Made by a program: the position numbers and the translations under genes. Below, in pieces: positions 1 to 7,287 of a stretch of DNA of 32,000 bases. This DNA is from Pseudidiomarina andamanensis (GTDB taxonomy: Bacteria; Pseudomonadota; Gammaproteobacteria; Enterobacterales; Alteromonadaceae). Position 1 is the first letter of the stretch; each line of letters begins with the position of its first letter. Where the stretch lies: contig NZ_CP032551.1 in NCBI RefSeq assembly GCF_009734345.1, positions 120,001-152,000 on the forward strand, given 5' to 3'. Below the pieces are notes generated by a model. The model was not told the DNA's origin. It did not search any database and saw only the letters and a program-made list of their open reading frames with translations.

Positions 1-261
1 GGTAAAGGCGCCAAGTAATATACCAACAACCGCAATGGCAGCTGGCCACGGACCGGGTCCATAAATTTCTGTTGAAATATCAATTGATGGGACAATCAAT
101 GAGAAAAAAGAGGCGGCGAGCATCACGCCCGCCGCAAAACCTAGTAGGGTATCGTTAAACCTTTCAGACGGCTTTTTTCCAATTAATATTGGAAGTGCCC
201 CCACAGCTGTTAAACCACCAGTGATTGTACTCGCCAGTAACGCCGTGAGGACTAGCTCCAT
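1..261 (-). CDS. zupT: ZIP-family zinc/divalent-metal transporter (ZupT-like); N-terminal 87 codons only, gene runs off the left edge
   Basis: Not in the ORF track because it is truncated. Reverse-strand ATG at 259-261 is preceded by AAGGAA. The frame is open to position 1 and translates MELVLTALLASTITGGLTAVGALPILIGKKPSERFNDTLLGFAAGVMLAASFF..., matching the ZupT N-terminal pattern (KPS.R.....LGFAAG.ML). It lies 17 nt downstream of ggt on the same strand. Confidence 0.6.
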   Translation of the reverse strand, partial: MELVLTALLASTITGGLTAVGALPILIGKKPSERFNDTLLGFAAGVMLAASFFSLIVPSIDISTEIYGPGPWPAAIAVVGILLGAFT

Positions 262-278
262 GATTTATTCCTTAAGTA

Positions 279-2003
279 TTAATAACCTGCCGCATGACCA
301 TCTTTACGGCTTTCTGATGCACCGTAATATACGCCTTCTTCATGATTACGCCAAATGGCTTGATAACCGCCATACGGTCCGACAGCTTCTTGCAGTGTAT
401 GTCCCATTTTAATGAGTTCGCGACGTGTGCCGTCTGAGAAACCATTCTCTAAACTGACAACTCCGCCATCAGTCATGACTTCGCCTGTTGGTTGACTTGA
501 ACCTGTATGGAGAATGCGCGGTGCATCACCTGCTTCTTGCAGGTTCATGCCAAAATCGATCATGTTGATAAGAATTTGAGCGTGCATTTGTGGTTGCGTT
601 GCGCCACCCATCACGCCGTAACTCATAATCGGCTTGCCATCTTTGGTGACAAAAGCTGGGATGATGGTGTGAAACGGACGTTTGCCTGGCTCAAAGACAT
701 TACGATGATTTTTATCGAGCGCAAATAATTCGCCACGGTTTTGAATCACAAAACCAAGACCAGTTGGCGTAATGCCTGAGCCCATGCCACGATAATTGCT
801 CTGAATGAGGGAAACCATGTTGCCATCGGCATCTGCGGTGGTTAGGTAAATGGTATCGCCTTCGGTTGGCGGATTGCCCGGTTCAAACGATTTGCCAGCA
901 CGATTCATATCAATTAATTTCGCGCGTTGTTTGGCGTAACCTTTGTCAAGTAAACCCTCTACCGGCACGTCGTTAAAATCAGGGTCAGAGTAATATTTCG
1001 CACGGTCTTCGAACGCGAGCTTTTTGGCTTCGACAAACAAGTGAATGTATTCAGGGCTATCAAAACCCATACTAGCAATATCGAAGTTTTCGAGAATATT
1101 CAGAATTTGCTGAGCAGCAATACCTTGCGTGTTCGGCGGTAACTCCCACAAATCGTAACCACGATAGTTGGTTGATACTGGGTTCACCCATGTCGACGAG
1201 TGGCTTGCAAGATCGTCGTAGCTTAAGAAGCCGCCGTGTTTTGCCACGAATGCATCGATGGTTTTGGCGATTTTGCCTTTATAGAACGCATCGCGGCCTT
1301 CTTTTGCAATGAGTTTGTAGGTGTTCGCGAGATCAGGGTTTTTGAACATTTTGCCTTTCTGTGGAGGCAGTCCATTTTTCATGAACACATCGGCAAAACC
1401 CGGCTGATTCTTCAGTACGTCGGCGTTACGTTCAAAATAGTAGGCAATCACTTCAGTCACAGGGAAGCCGTTTTCAGCATATTCAATTGCTGGCGCTAAC
1501 ACTTGTTCCATCGGCAATTTGCCGAACTTTTTGTGTAATTCGAACCAACCATCAACAGCACCTGGCACAGATAAAGGCAACACACCGCGCGCTGGAATAG
1601 ACTCGTAACCGTTCTCTAAAAAGTAATCTAAGCTGAGCGACTTCGGTGAACGACCAGAGGCATTCAATCCGTGCAGACGTTTGCCTTCGGCATCCCAAAC
1701 GATGGCAAATAAGTCGCCGCCGATACCGTTACCGGTCGGCTCAACAAGACCGAGAAGCGCATTGGCTGCAATCGCAGCATCAATCGCGTTGCCGCCTGCT
1801 TGCATAATATCGAGTGCAACTTGAGTTGCGAGAGGTTGGCTTGTTGCTGCCATTGCGTGTGGTGCCATGGCTTCTGAGCGGGTAGCAAAGTGATGGCCAG
1901 TAATGCGATCGGCCGCCACTGCGTTGATGCTTGCAGCGCCGCAACTAAGCGCCAAAAGGCAACTTGCCGCCGCCACTTTTGATTTCTGAACAAGATACTT
2001 CAT
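279..2003 (-). CDS. ggt: gamma-glutamyltransferase (periplasmic, Ntn-hydrolase)
   Basis: Long ORF 279..2060. I prefer the ATG at 2001-2003 (MKYLVQKSKVAAASCLLALSCGAASINAVAA looks like a signal peptide) with GGAG upstream. GGT-like blocks are present: GNGIGGDLF, the autoprocessing region GDTIYLTTADADGNMVS, and MSYGVMGGATQPQ. Confidence 0.9.
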   Translation of the reverse strand: MKYLVQKSKVAAASCLLALSCGAASINAVAADRITGHHFATRSEAMAPHAMAATSQPLATQVALDIMQAGGNAIDAAIAANALLGLVEPTGNGIGGDLFAIVWDAEGKRLHGLNASGRSPKSLSLDYFLENGYESIPARGVLPLSVPGAVDGWFELHKKFGKLPMEQVLAPAIEYAENGFPVTEVIAYYFERNADVLKNQPGFADVFMKNGLPPQKGKMFKNPDLANTYKLIAKEGRDAFYKGKIAKTIDAFVAKHGGFLSYDDLASHSSTWVNPVSTNYRGYDLWELPPNTQGIAAQQILNILENFDIASMGFDSPEYIHLFVEAKKLAFEDRAKYYSDPDFNDVPVEGLLDKGYAKQRAKLIDMNRAGKSFEPGNPPTEGDTIYLTTADADGNMVSLIQSNYRGMGSGITPTGLGFVIQNRGELFALDKNHRNVFEPGKRPFHTIIPAFVTKDGKPIMSYGVMGGATQPQMHAQILINMIDFGMNLQEAGDAPRILHTGSSQPTGEVMTDGGVVSLENGFSDGTRRELIKMGHTLQEAVGPYGGYQAIWRNHEEGVYYGASESRKDGHAAGY

Positions 2004-2120
2004 AAATGAACACTCCAGTTTTTCGTGAGGTATCGCTTCACTATATGGAGTGTCTACCAAATGAGCAATGTCCGTGATCGCAGATAACAGACCTACTACC
2101 GAGCCATGACGACGAGCAGA

Positions 2121-2146
2121 TACAAAAAAACCGCCTGACGGCGGTT
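2121..2146 (-). terminator. rho-independent terminator downstream of tRNA-Ser
   Basis: Reverse strand reads AACCGCC-GTCA-GGCGGTT followed by a T-run (plus strand aaaaaaaccgcctgacggcggtt). It starts 11 nt after the tRNA 3' end. Confidence 0.6.
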
Positions 2147-2156
2147 CTCTTGTATC

Positions 2157-2247
2157 TGGCGGAGAGAGAGGGATTCGAACCCTCGATACGCGGTTAGCGT
2201 ATACACACTTTCCAGGCGTGCTCCTTCAACCACTCGGACACCTCTCC
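2157..2247 (-). tRNA. tRNA-Ser (anticodon GGA), encoded CCA end
   Basis: Reverse complement is GGAGAGGTGTCCGAGTGGTTGAAGGAGCACGCCTGGAAAGTGTGTATACGCTAACCGCGTATCGAGGGTTCGAATCCCTCTCTCTCCGCCA. It folds by hand with a 7-bp acceptor stem, anticodon stem CACGC/GTGTG, loop CT-GGA-AA, a long variable arm, and T-arm GAGGG-TTCGAAT-CCCTC. It is nearly collinear with E. coli tRNA-Ser(GGA) as I remember it. Confidence 0.95.
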
Positions 2248-2260
2248 TGAAGGTGGCGGT

Positions 2261-2289
2261 ATGATAGGGAAAAGCCCCGGTTAAATCAA
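2261..2289 (-). promoter_or_regulatory. candidate sigma70 promoter of tRNA-Ser
   Basis: Reverse strand reads TTGATT, a 17-nt spacer, TATCAT, then the GC-rich discriminator ACCGCCACC, ending 13 nt before the mature tRNA 5' end. Hand prediction. Confidence 0.45.
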
Positions 2290-2308
2290 CTAAGTTATAA
2301 AGGCAAGA

Positions 2309-2460
2309 GCGTTATTCGTTATCCGTTGCTTGTTATTCGTGAGATTAGTTCGCTGGTAAGAACGCAGATGTATTTGCTCACTTCTCTATGTGAGGGTTTC
2401 GGGTTTTCGTTTTTGCTTTATCGAGTAACGAATAACGAGTAACGAGTAACGAACAACGGC
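2309..2460. repeat. heptamer-armed palindromic intergenic element, copy 1 (long core)
   Basis: The left arm is gc-GTTATTC-GTTATCC-GTTGCTT-GTTATTC. The right arm is CGAGTAA-CGAATAA-CGAGTAA-CGAGTAA-CGAACAA-cggc. The arms are imperfect reverse complements of about 30 bp. The core of about 85 nt is homologous to that of copy 2. Confidence 0.85.
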
Positions 2461-2539
2461 TCTTCAGACCTAAGTCGTATGGGAAAAAGCTGGTAACGCG
2501 CTACATTAGACGCAGTAGCAGTAGATAAGGATTTTTACC

Positions 2540-4411
2540 ATGAGTTACCCGCGCGAATACGAATCTTCATTACAACGCACCGAGGCGTTTTGGCTAAAGC
2601 AAGCAAGTCAGTTGCATTGGTTTAAAGAGCCGAGCAAAGCATGCCACTTGAAAGCAAATGGAACCGCTGATTGGTTTGCGGATGGTGAACTCAATATTTC
2701 TTTTATGGCGTTGGATTATCACGTTGATAACGGTCGTGGTGACCAAGTTGCACTGATTTATGACTCGCCAGTAACCGAAACTAAAGAGCAGTATACATAT
2801 CGCCAGCTGCGTGATGAGGTTGCTTTGTTTGCAGGGTTGCTAAAGAAGCAACATATTAAAAAGGGTGATCGCGTCGTTATCTACATGCCGATGATTCCGC
2901 AGGCCGCGATTGCGATGCTTGCTTGTGCCCGTTTAGGTGCGATTCATTCTGTGGTGTTTGGTGGTTTTGCACCGCATGAACTTGCTGTGAGAATTGATGA
3001 TGCGACACCTAAGGTGGTGGTAACAGCCTCATGTGGTGTCGAGGTGAATCGCGTTATTCCGTATAAACCAATGGTAGATAAAGCAATCGTTGAAGCCGTG
3101 CACAAGCCAGCAAATGTGATTGTATATCAGCGTGCGCAATGCCAGGCCGATTTAAATCAACCGGGCGACTTAGATTGGCAGGCTGAGGTTGCTAAAGTGA
3201 CACCAGCCGAATGCGCCGTGGTACCAAGTACACATCCGCTTTATGTTTTGTATACATCAGGTACGACGGGTAAACCTAAGGGCGTGGTACGCGACACCGG
3301 TGGTTATGCGGTAGCGCTTAAGTATTCGATGCAAACGGTTTATGACATCAAACCGGGGCAAGTGATGTTTACCGCTTCGGATGTCGGTTGGGTTGTCGGA
3401 CATTCGTATATTGTTTATGGCCCTCTACTGGCTGGCGCGACAACGATTTTATACGAAGGAAAGCCAGTTAGAACACCGGATGCGGGCGCATTTTGGCGAA
3501 TTTGCTCGGAGTATAAGGTTGCTGTGTTGTTTAGTGCGCCAACTGCGTTTCGTGCTGTTAAAAAAGAAGACCCCGAAGGTAAGTTATTGGAGCAGTATGA
3601 TCTCAGTTCGTTAGAACGTATTTATATGGCTGGAGAACGTCTGGATCCGCCAACTTATGACTGGACCACAGAGATTACCGGGAAGCCAGTGTATGATCAT
3701 TGGTGGCAAACCGAATCGGGTTGGCCAATTTGTGCAAACCCGGTAGGCATTGCCGAGCATCCAATCAAACCAGGTTCAGCGACATTGCCGATGCCGGGTT
3801 ACGACGTGCGAATTTTAGATTACAAAGGGCAAGAAATTGGTGCAAATGAACAGGGCGCCGTCGCCATAAAATTACCATTACCTCCGGGTTGCTTAACCAC
3901 CATTTGGAATGATGAAGCGCGATTTGTCAGCGGGTATTTAAGTGAATTCGACGGTTACTATTCAACTGGTGATGGTGGCTATAAAGATGATGACGGCTAC
4001 GTTTTTATCATGGGTCGTACCGATGATGTGATTAACGTTGCAGGGCACCGATTATCAACGGGTGAGATGGAGGAAATACTCGCTAAAGATGCTGCTGTAG
4101 CTGAGTGCGCCGTGATTGGAGTTCAGGATGCGTTAAAAGGCCAGATACCGGTTGGATTAGTGATTACCAAAGATGGTGTGACGATTAGCGATAATGAGCT
4201 CAGTGCTCGTCTCGTGCAACGCGTTCGTGATGAAATTGGTGCCGTTGCCTGTTTGAAGAAAATTCTGGTCGTGCCACGGTTACCAAAAACCCGTTCAGGT
4301 AAAATTTTACGGCGTGTGTTGCGGCAAATTGCGGATGGTGAGGAAGTGGTGGTGCCATCAACAATTGACGACCCCACCTGCATTGACGAAATTCGCGAGC
4401 GCTTAAGCTAA
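2540..4411 (+). CDS. prpE: propionate--CoA ligase / acyl-CoA synthetase (PrpE-like, AMP-forming)
   Basis: 623-aa ORF with AAGGA upstream of the ATG. It has the AMP-binding signature YTSGTTGKPKGV, plus GRTDDVINVAGHRL and PKTRSGKILRR, and is collinear along its length with E. coli PrpE from memory. No prp operon neighbours are present, so substrate specificity is uncertain. Confidence 0.75.
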   Translation: MSYPREYESSLQRTEAFWLKQASQLHWFKEPSKACHLKANGTADWFADGELNISFMALDYHVDNGRGDQVALIYDSPVTETKEQYTYRQLRDEVALFAGLLKKQHIKKGDRVVIYMPMIPQAAIAMLACARLGAIHSVVFGGFAPHELAVRIDDATPKVVVTASCGVEVNRVIPYKPMVDKAIVEAVHKPANVIVYQRAQCQADLNQPGDLDWQAEVAKVTPAECAVVPSTHPLYVLYTSGTTGKPKGVVRDTGGYAVALKYSMQTVYDIKPGQVMFTASDVGWVVGHSYIVYGPLLAGATTILYEGKPVRTPDAGAFWRICSEYKVAVLFSAPTAFRAVKKEDPEGKLLEQYDLSSLERIYMAGERLDPPTYDWTTEITGKPVYDHWWQTESGWPICANPVGIAEHPIKPGSATLPMPGYDVRILDYKGQEIGANEQGAVAIKLPLPPGCLTTIWNDEARFVSGYLSEFDGYYSTGDGGYKDDDGYVFIMGRTDDVINVAGHRLSTGEMEEILAKDAAVAECAVIGVQDALKGQIPVGLVITKDGVTISDNELSARLVQRVRDEIGAVACLKKILVVPRLPKTRSGKILRRVLRQIADGEEVVVPSTIDDPTCIDEIRERLS

Positions 4412-4423
4412 CTCGCGAATTGT

Positions 4424-5407
4424 CTAAAGATCTTCAGCAGCATCGTTGTCTGGGCGTTTATTCGACTTCGATGCGGTGCTGTCCTTTTTCGGACGAGGCT
4501 TGGTAAGCGATTCGGTTTGAATCTTTGCGTCACCATCCCAACTGCGAATATGTAAGTCGCGCTGCGGAAATGGAATTTCGATACCGTATTCTTCCAGCGA
4601 CGTATGAATTTCCCACATAAATGCCGCTTTAACCGCGCTAGGGCGATTAACTGCCTCGGGTTTCAGCCAAACCACCAGTTCAAAATTCAATGAGCTGTCG
4701 CCAAACTCGGTTAACCAAACTTGTGGTGGGCGATAACTGCCATCGTTGAGGGTATGTGGAACGCGCTCAGCAGCCTCTAGCACTGCTTTTCGCACTAATT
4801 CTTTATCGGTACCATAGGCAACGCCGAATCCTACTTTGAGACGACGAATCGTATCGCGCATGGTCCAGTTGGTCACACGACCAGCCACAAATTCAGAGTT
4901 AGGAACGATAATGTCGATGTTGTCGTTCGTGGTAATTAAGGTGCTGCGAATATTAATTTCTTTCACTTCACCGGTGACACCTGATTCAAGTTCAACGAAA
5001 TCACCAACCTTTAAGGTTTTTTCAAAGAGCAGCATAATGCCGGCGGTGAAGTTGCTGATAAGATTTTGCAAACCGAAACCGACACCGACACCAAGTGCAC
5101 TGGCAAAGATGGCGAACTTGGTGAGGTCAATACCAATGGAGGCAACGGCTATCAGAGCACCAACCACCATGACAACATAATGCGTTATGCGTGTGAGCGC
5201 ATATACCGATGACGGCGCCATGGATTTGCGATAGCTGGCAATGCGTCTGAGGGCATTTTGTAACAAGCGCGAAAAGATATAGGTGACAACAAGGATCAGT
5301 ATCACACGGAAAATGGAACCGTAAGTGATCGAGGTTTCGCCTACTTTGAATATTTCTGTTTGTAGCCAGCCAAATAACTGTTTAATTTCAGTGAGAAATT
5401 GCTCCAT
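4424..5407 (-). CDS. MscS-family mechanosensitive ion channel
   Basis: 327-aa ORF with N-terminal TM helices, the pore-helix region GVGVGFGLQNLISNFTAGIMLLFE and the beta-domain GDFVEL..GEVKEINIRSTLITTNDNIDIIVPNSEF. The ATG lies only 6 nt after the bfr stop. Confidence 0.85.
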   Translation of the reverse strand: MEQFLTEIKQLFGWLQTEIFKVGETSITYGSIFRVILILVVTYIFSRLLQNALRRIASYRKSMAPSSVYALTRITHYVVMVVGALIAVASIGIDLTKFAIFASALGVGVGFGLQNLISNFTAGIMLLFEKTLKVGDFVELESGVTGEVKEINIRSTLITTNDNIDIIVPNSEFVAGRVTNWTMRDTIRRLKVGFGVAYGTDKELVRKAVLEAAERVPHTLNDGSYRPPQVWLTEFGDSSLNFELVVWLKPEAVNRPSAVKAAFMWEIHTSLEEYGIEIPFPQRDLHIRSWDGDAKIQTESLTKPRPKKDSTASKSNKRPDNDAAEDL

Positions 5408-5413
5408 GCAGAA

Positions 5414-5887
5414 TTATCCCATTTGTGCCTGTAAATACAGTTCGAGCCCCAATTTCTCAATCAATTCGAGTTGCTGGCGTAGCCAATAAGCGTGGTCTTC
5501 TTCAGTATCCTTTAAGATACCAATGAGCATATCGCGCGAGACAAAGTCTCCAGCTTGCTCGCAGAACTTGATGACGCCGCGCAAGGTTCGTGCGTTACCA
5601 TATTCCAGTTCGAGATCGTTAGCCAGCATGGTCGGTACGTCACTCGCAATCGTGTGAGGTTCACGTCCATTCATATTAGGTTGGCCACCGAGAAACAAAA
5701 TTCTGCGAATCAATAAATCGGCATGGCCACGTTCGTCATCAACTTCATGGTTGATGCGTTCATAGAGCTTATTCAAACCCATATCTTCATAAATACGTGA
5801 GTGTGCCGTGTATTGATCGATAGAGGTTAACTCGAATGCGAGAAGTTTATTCAGTTGTTCAACAATAGCTTGATGGTCAAGATTCAT
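5414..5887 (-). CDS. bfr: bacterioferritin subunit, ferroxidase-competent type lacking the haem Met ligand
   Basis: 157 aa. Hand alignment to E. coli Bfr keeps all six di-iron ligands (E19, E52, H55, E95, E129, H132 here). The haem-axial Met52 equivalent is Arg (DDERGHAD). Confidence 0.85.
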   Translation of the reverse strand: MNLDHQAIVEQLNKLLAFELTSIDQYTAHSRIYEDMGLNKLYERINHEVDDERGHADLLIRRILFLGGQPNMNGREPHTIASDVPTMLANDLELEYGNARTLRGVIKFCEQAGDFVSRDMLIGILKDTEEDHAYWLRQQLELIEKLGLELYLQAQMG

Positions 5888-5896
5888 AATCGTTCC

Positions 5897-6370
5897 TTAT
5901 TCGCTGTCGAGTTTGGTCTGTAGATATTTCGGTAGACTAATTTTTTCGACCAAATCAAGCTGCGTTTCTAACCAGTCGAGATGCTCTTCTTGCTGCTCAA
6001 GAATTTCAGTTAATTCATCGCGACTGACGTAATCTTGTGCACTTTCGCAAATAGCAATCGCTGCACGAATGGCAAGCACATCATCCATTTGCACTTTGTG
6101 ATCAAGCTGCAACATTTCGTGCGGATCTTCACCGATGTAGAGTTTGCCAAGATCTTGCAGGTTAGGGAGGCCACCTAAAAACAAAATACGCTCGATAATG
6201 TCATCAGCGTGTTTCATTTCGTAAATAGATGCTTTGTAGATTTTGCTATTGAGCTCGCCAAAGCCCCAATTCTTGTACATGCGCGCATGTAAAAAGTACT
6301 GGTTGATAGCGGTAAGCTTGCGGGTGAGTATGCGATTAAGTTCTTGTAAAACCTTACTGTCGCCTTTCAT
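5897..6370 (-). CDS. bfr: bacterioferritin subunit, haem-binding type with degenerate ferroxidase centre
   Basis: 157 aa, gap-free alignment to E. coli Bfr (MKGD.KV...LHARM.KNWG...EMKHAD). Met52 is kept. Three of the six di-iron ligands are replaced: K18 for E18, Q94 for E94, Q127 for E127. Confidence 0.85.
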   Translation of the reverse strand: MKGDSKVLQELNRILTRKLTAINQYFLHARMYKNWGFGELNSKIYKASIYEMKHADDIIERILFLGGLPNLQDLGKLYIGEDPHEMLQLDHKVQMDDVLAIRAAIAICESAQDYVSRDELTEILEQQEEHLDWLETQLDLVEKISLPKYLQTKLDSE

Positions 6371-6403
6371 GACTACAACTCCTAACTGTTATTTTCTAAC
6401 AGC

Positions 6404-6625
6404 TTAAGCGTAGCACACCTCTACTGGCAATAAAGTTTCTGATTTTAATCTGGCATTACGTTCGGCAACAGCGTCTTTTACTATGTCTTTAGCACACTGA
6501 TTACAGCAGCCACACTGCGTTCCAACGCCATATTGCTGGCGCAGTTCACGCATACTGCTTAAGCCATCGTCGACGGCGCGACGAATGGTTTTATCTGTGA
6601 CACCTTTACATAGACATACGTACAT
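6404..6625 (-). CDS. bfd: bacterioferritin-associated ferredoxin (BFD-like [2Fe-2S] protein)
   Basis: 73 aa starting MYVCLCKGVTDK...GVGTQCGCCNQC. It has the four-Cys BFD pattern (C4, C6, C38, C41), GGAG upstream of the ATG, and sits directly upstream of bfr. Confidence 0.85.
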   Translation of the reverse strand: MYVCLCKGVTDKTIRRAVDDGLSSMRELRQQYGVGTQCGCCNQCAKDIVKDAVAERNARLKSETLLPVEVCYA

Positions 6626-6652
6626 AATTAGCTCCGTACTGTTACGGCTCTA

Positions 6653-6684
6653 ATGGTAATACAAACAAGAATGATTCGCAATAA
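6653..6684 (-). promoter_or_regulatory. candidate bfd promoter with overlapping Fur-box-like site
   Basis: Reverse strand reads TTGCGA, a 17-nt spacer, TACCAT. Over the -35 and spacer, TTATTGCGAATCATTCTTG matches the 19-bp Fur consensus GATAATGATAATCATTATC at 12/19 by hand count. Confidence 0.3.
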
Positions 6685-6690
6685 AAAATA

Positions 6691-6839
6691 AACGGCGTTG
6701 TTCGTTTGTCGTTATTCGTTATTCGTGGGTTAGCTCGCTCGTGATATGGCAGATATATTTGCTCACTTTACTATGTGCGGGTTTTGGTTTTTCGTTTTTT
6801 GCTTTTCCGAATAACCAATAACGAATAACGAATAACGTT
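6691..6839. repeat. heptamer-armed palindromic intergenic element, copy 2 (long core)
   Basis: The left arm is gc-GTTGTTC-GTTTGTC-GTTATTC-GTTATTC. The right arm is CGAATAA-CCAATAA-CGAATAA-CGAATAA-cg. The core (gtgggttagctcgctcgtgatatggcagatatatttgctcactttactatgtgcgggttttggtttttcgttttttgctttt) aligns with the copy 1 core in the same orientation. On the minus strand the stem is followed by TTTATTTTTTATT. Confidence 0.85.
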
Positions 6840-6840
6840 T

Positions 6841-7287
6841 TTACAGGCTGATGATGAGTAGGATGACGTGCAGTGCTACCACCGTGAACGTCAAACGACC
6901 TCGCAATTCAAGATACCACGTGTGAGCGCTAAGCTTGCGGCGTTCGTAGTTCAGCCAGAAAAGGTGGAGTAGGGCTAAGATTGCTAAAAATGAGAGGGTT
7001 GAGTCGCGACATATCGGGAGTTGGGTAGCGACCAGTACGGCGAAGCCGGTGACCGATGGCACCATGCTCCATTGTAGGCTGCGGCGGTGATCGGTATCGG
7101 CGTCGAGCATGCAAAGACCCCAGTGAATGCCGCCGAGGAAGCTGAAAATAATGGCGCTGTAGAGAATAAACAGGGTGATGGCGAGGTCGCCGTGTAGGTC
7201 GAGCAGCGCCATCAACGTCAACACAATAAACGGAACAAGTCCAGCGAAGCCAAGGCGTTGAGCCGTGTATTGTGAGATTAAATTCAT
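6841..7287 (-). CDS. small integral membrane protein (DUF3429-like), function unknown
   Basis: ORF 6841..7335. I prefer the ATG at 7285-7287 (MNLISQYTAQRLGFAGLVPF...), which overlaps the upstream gene's stop as ATGA. It has 4-5 hydrophobic helices. The family assignment is from memory of the LGF.GL.PF start motif. Confidence 0.55.
   Translation of the reverse strand: MNLISQYTAQRLGFAGLVPFIVLTLMALLDLHGDLAITLFILYSAIIFSFLGGIHWGLCMLDADTDHRRSLQWSMVPSVTGFAVLVATQLPICRDSTLSFLAILALLHLFWLNYERRKLSAHTWYLELRGRLTFTVVALHVILLIISL

Noticed and set aside
2004-2060. N-terminal extensions suggested by the longest-ORF track: ggt to 2060, zntB from 8311, the Fe binding protein to 13215, DUF3429 to 7335, the lipoprotein from 15275, bolA from 15729, nqrA from 17621 and nqrC from 20108.
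   Set aside because: In each case an internal ATG has a better RBS. It also gives a canonical signal peptide, or an N-terminus matching known homologues (for example MITIKKGLD for NqrA), or removes an implausible overlap. The shorter starts were used.
2368-2439. Small ORF inside the core of element copy 1: ATG at 2368, MYLLTSLCEGFGFSFLLYRVTNNE, 23 aa.
   Set aside because: In the homologous copy 2 the ATG is ATA, and a 1-nt indel shifts the frame before the end. The similarity is therefore at the nucleotide level rather than the protein level, and no RBS is present.
2157-2460. tRNA-Ser as the integration site of a genomic island, with element copy 1 as an att remnant.
   Set aside because: No integrase, phage or mobility gene is present on either side. 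I saw no second copy of the tRNA 3' end in the window. The flanking genes (ggt, prpE-like) look like ordinary core metabolism.
4395-4420. Inverted repeat CGCGAG...CTCGCG spanning the prpE-like stop codon, as a shared terminator for the convergent prpE-like and mscS genes.
   Set aside because: The stem is 6 bp with a 12-nt loop and there is no T-run on either strand, so support is insufficient.
6386-6402. Hairpin CTGTTA-gaaaa-TAACAG (minus strand) between bfd and the first bfr gene, as an attenuator uncoupling bfd from bfr expression.
   Set aside because: It is only a 6-bp AT-rich stem with no T-run, and it sits right before the bfr RBS. That is too weak to call from sequence alone.
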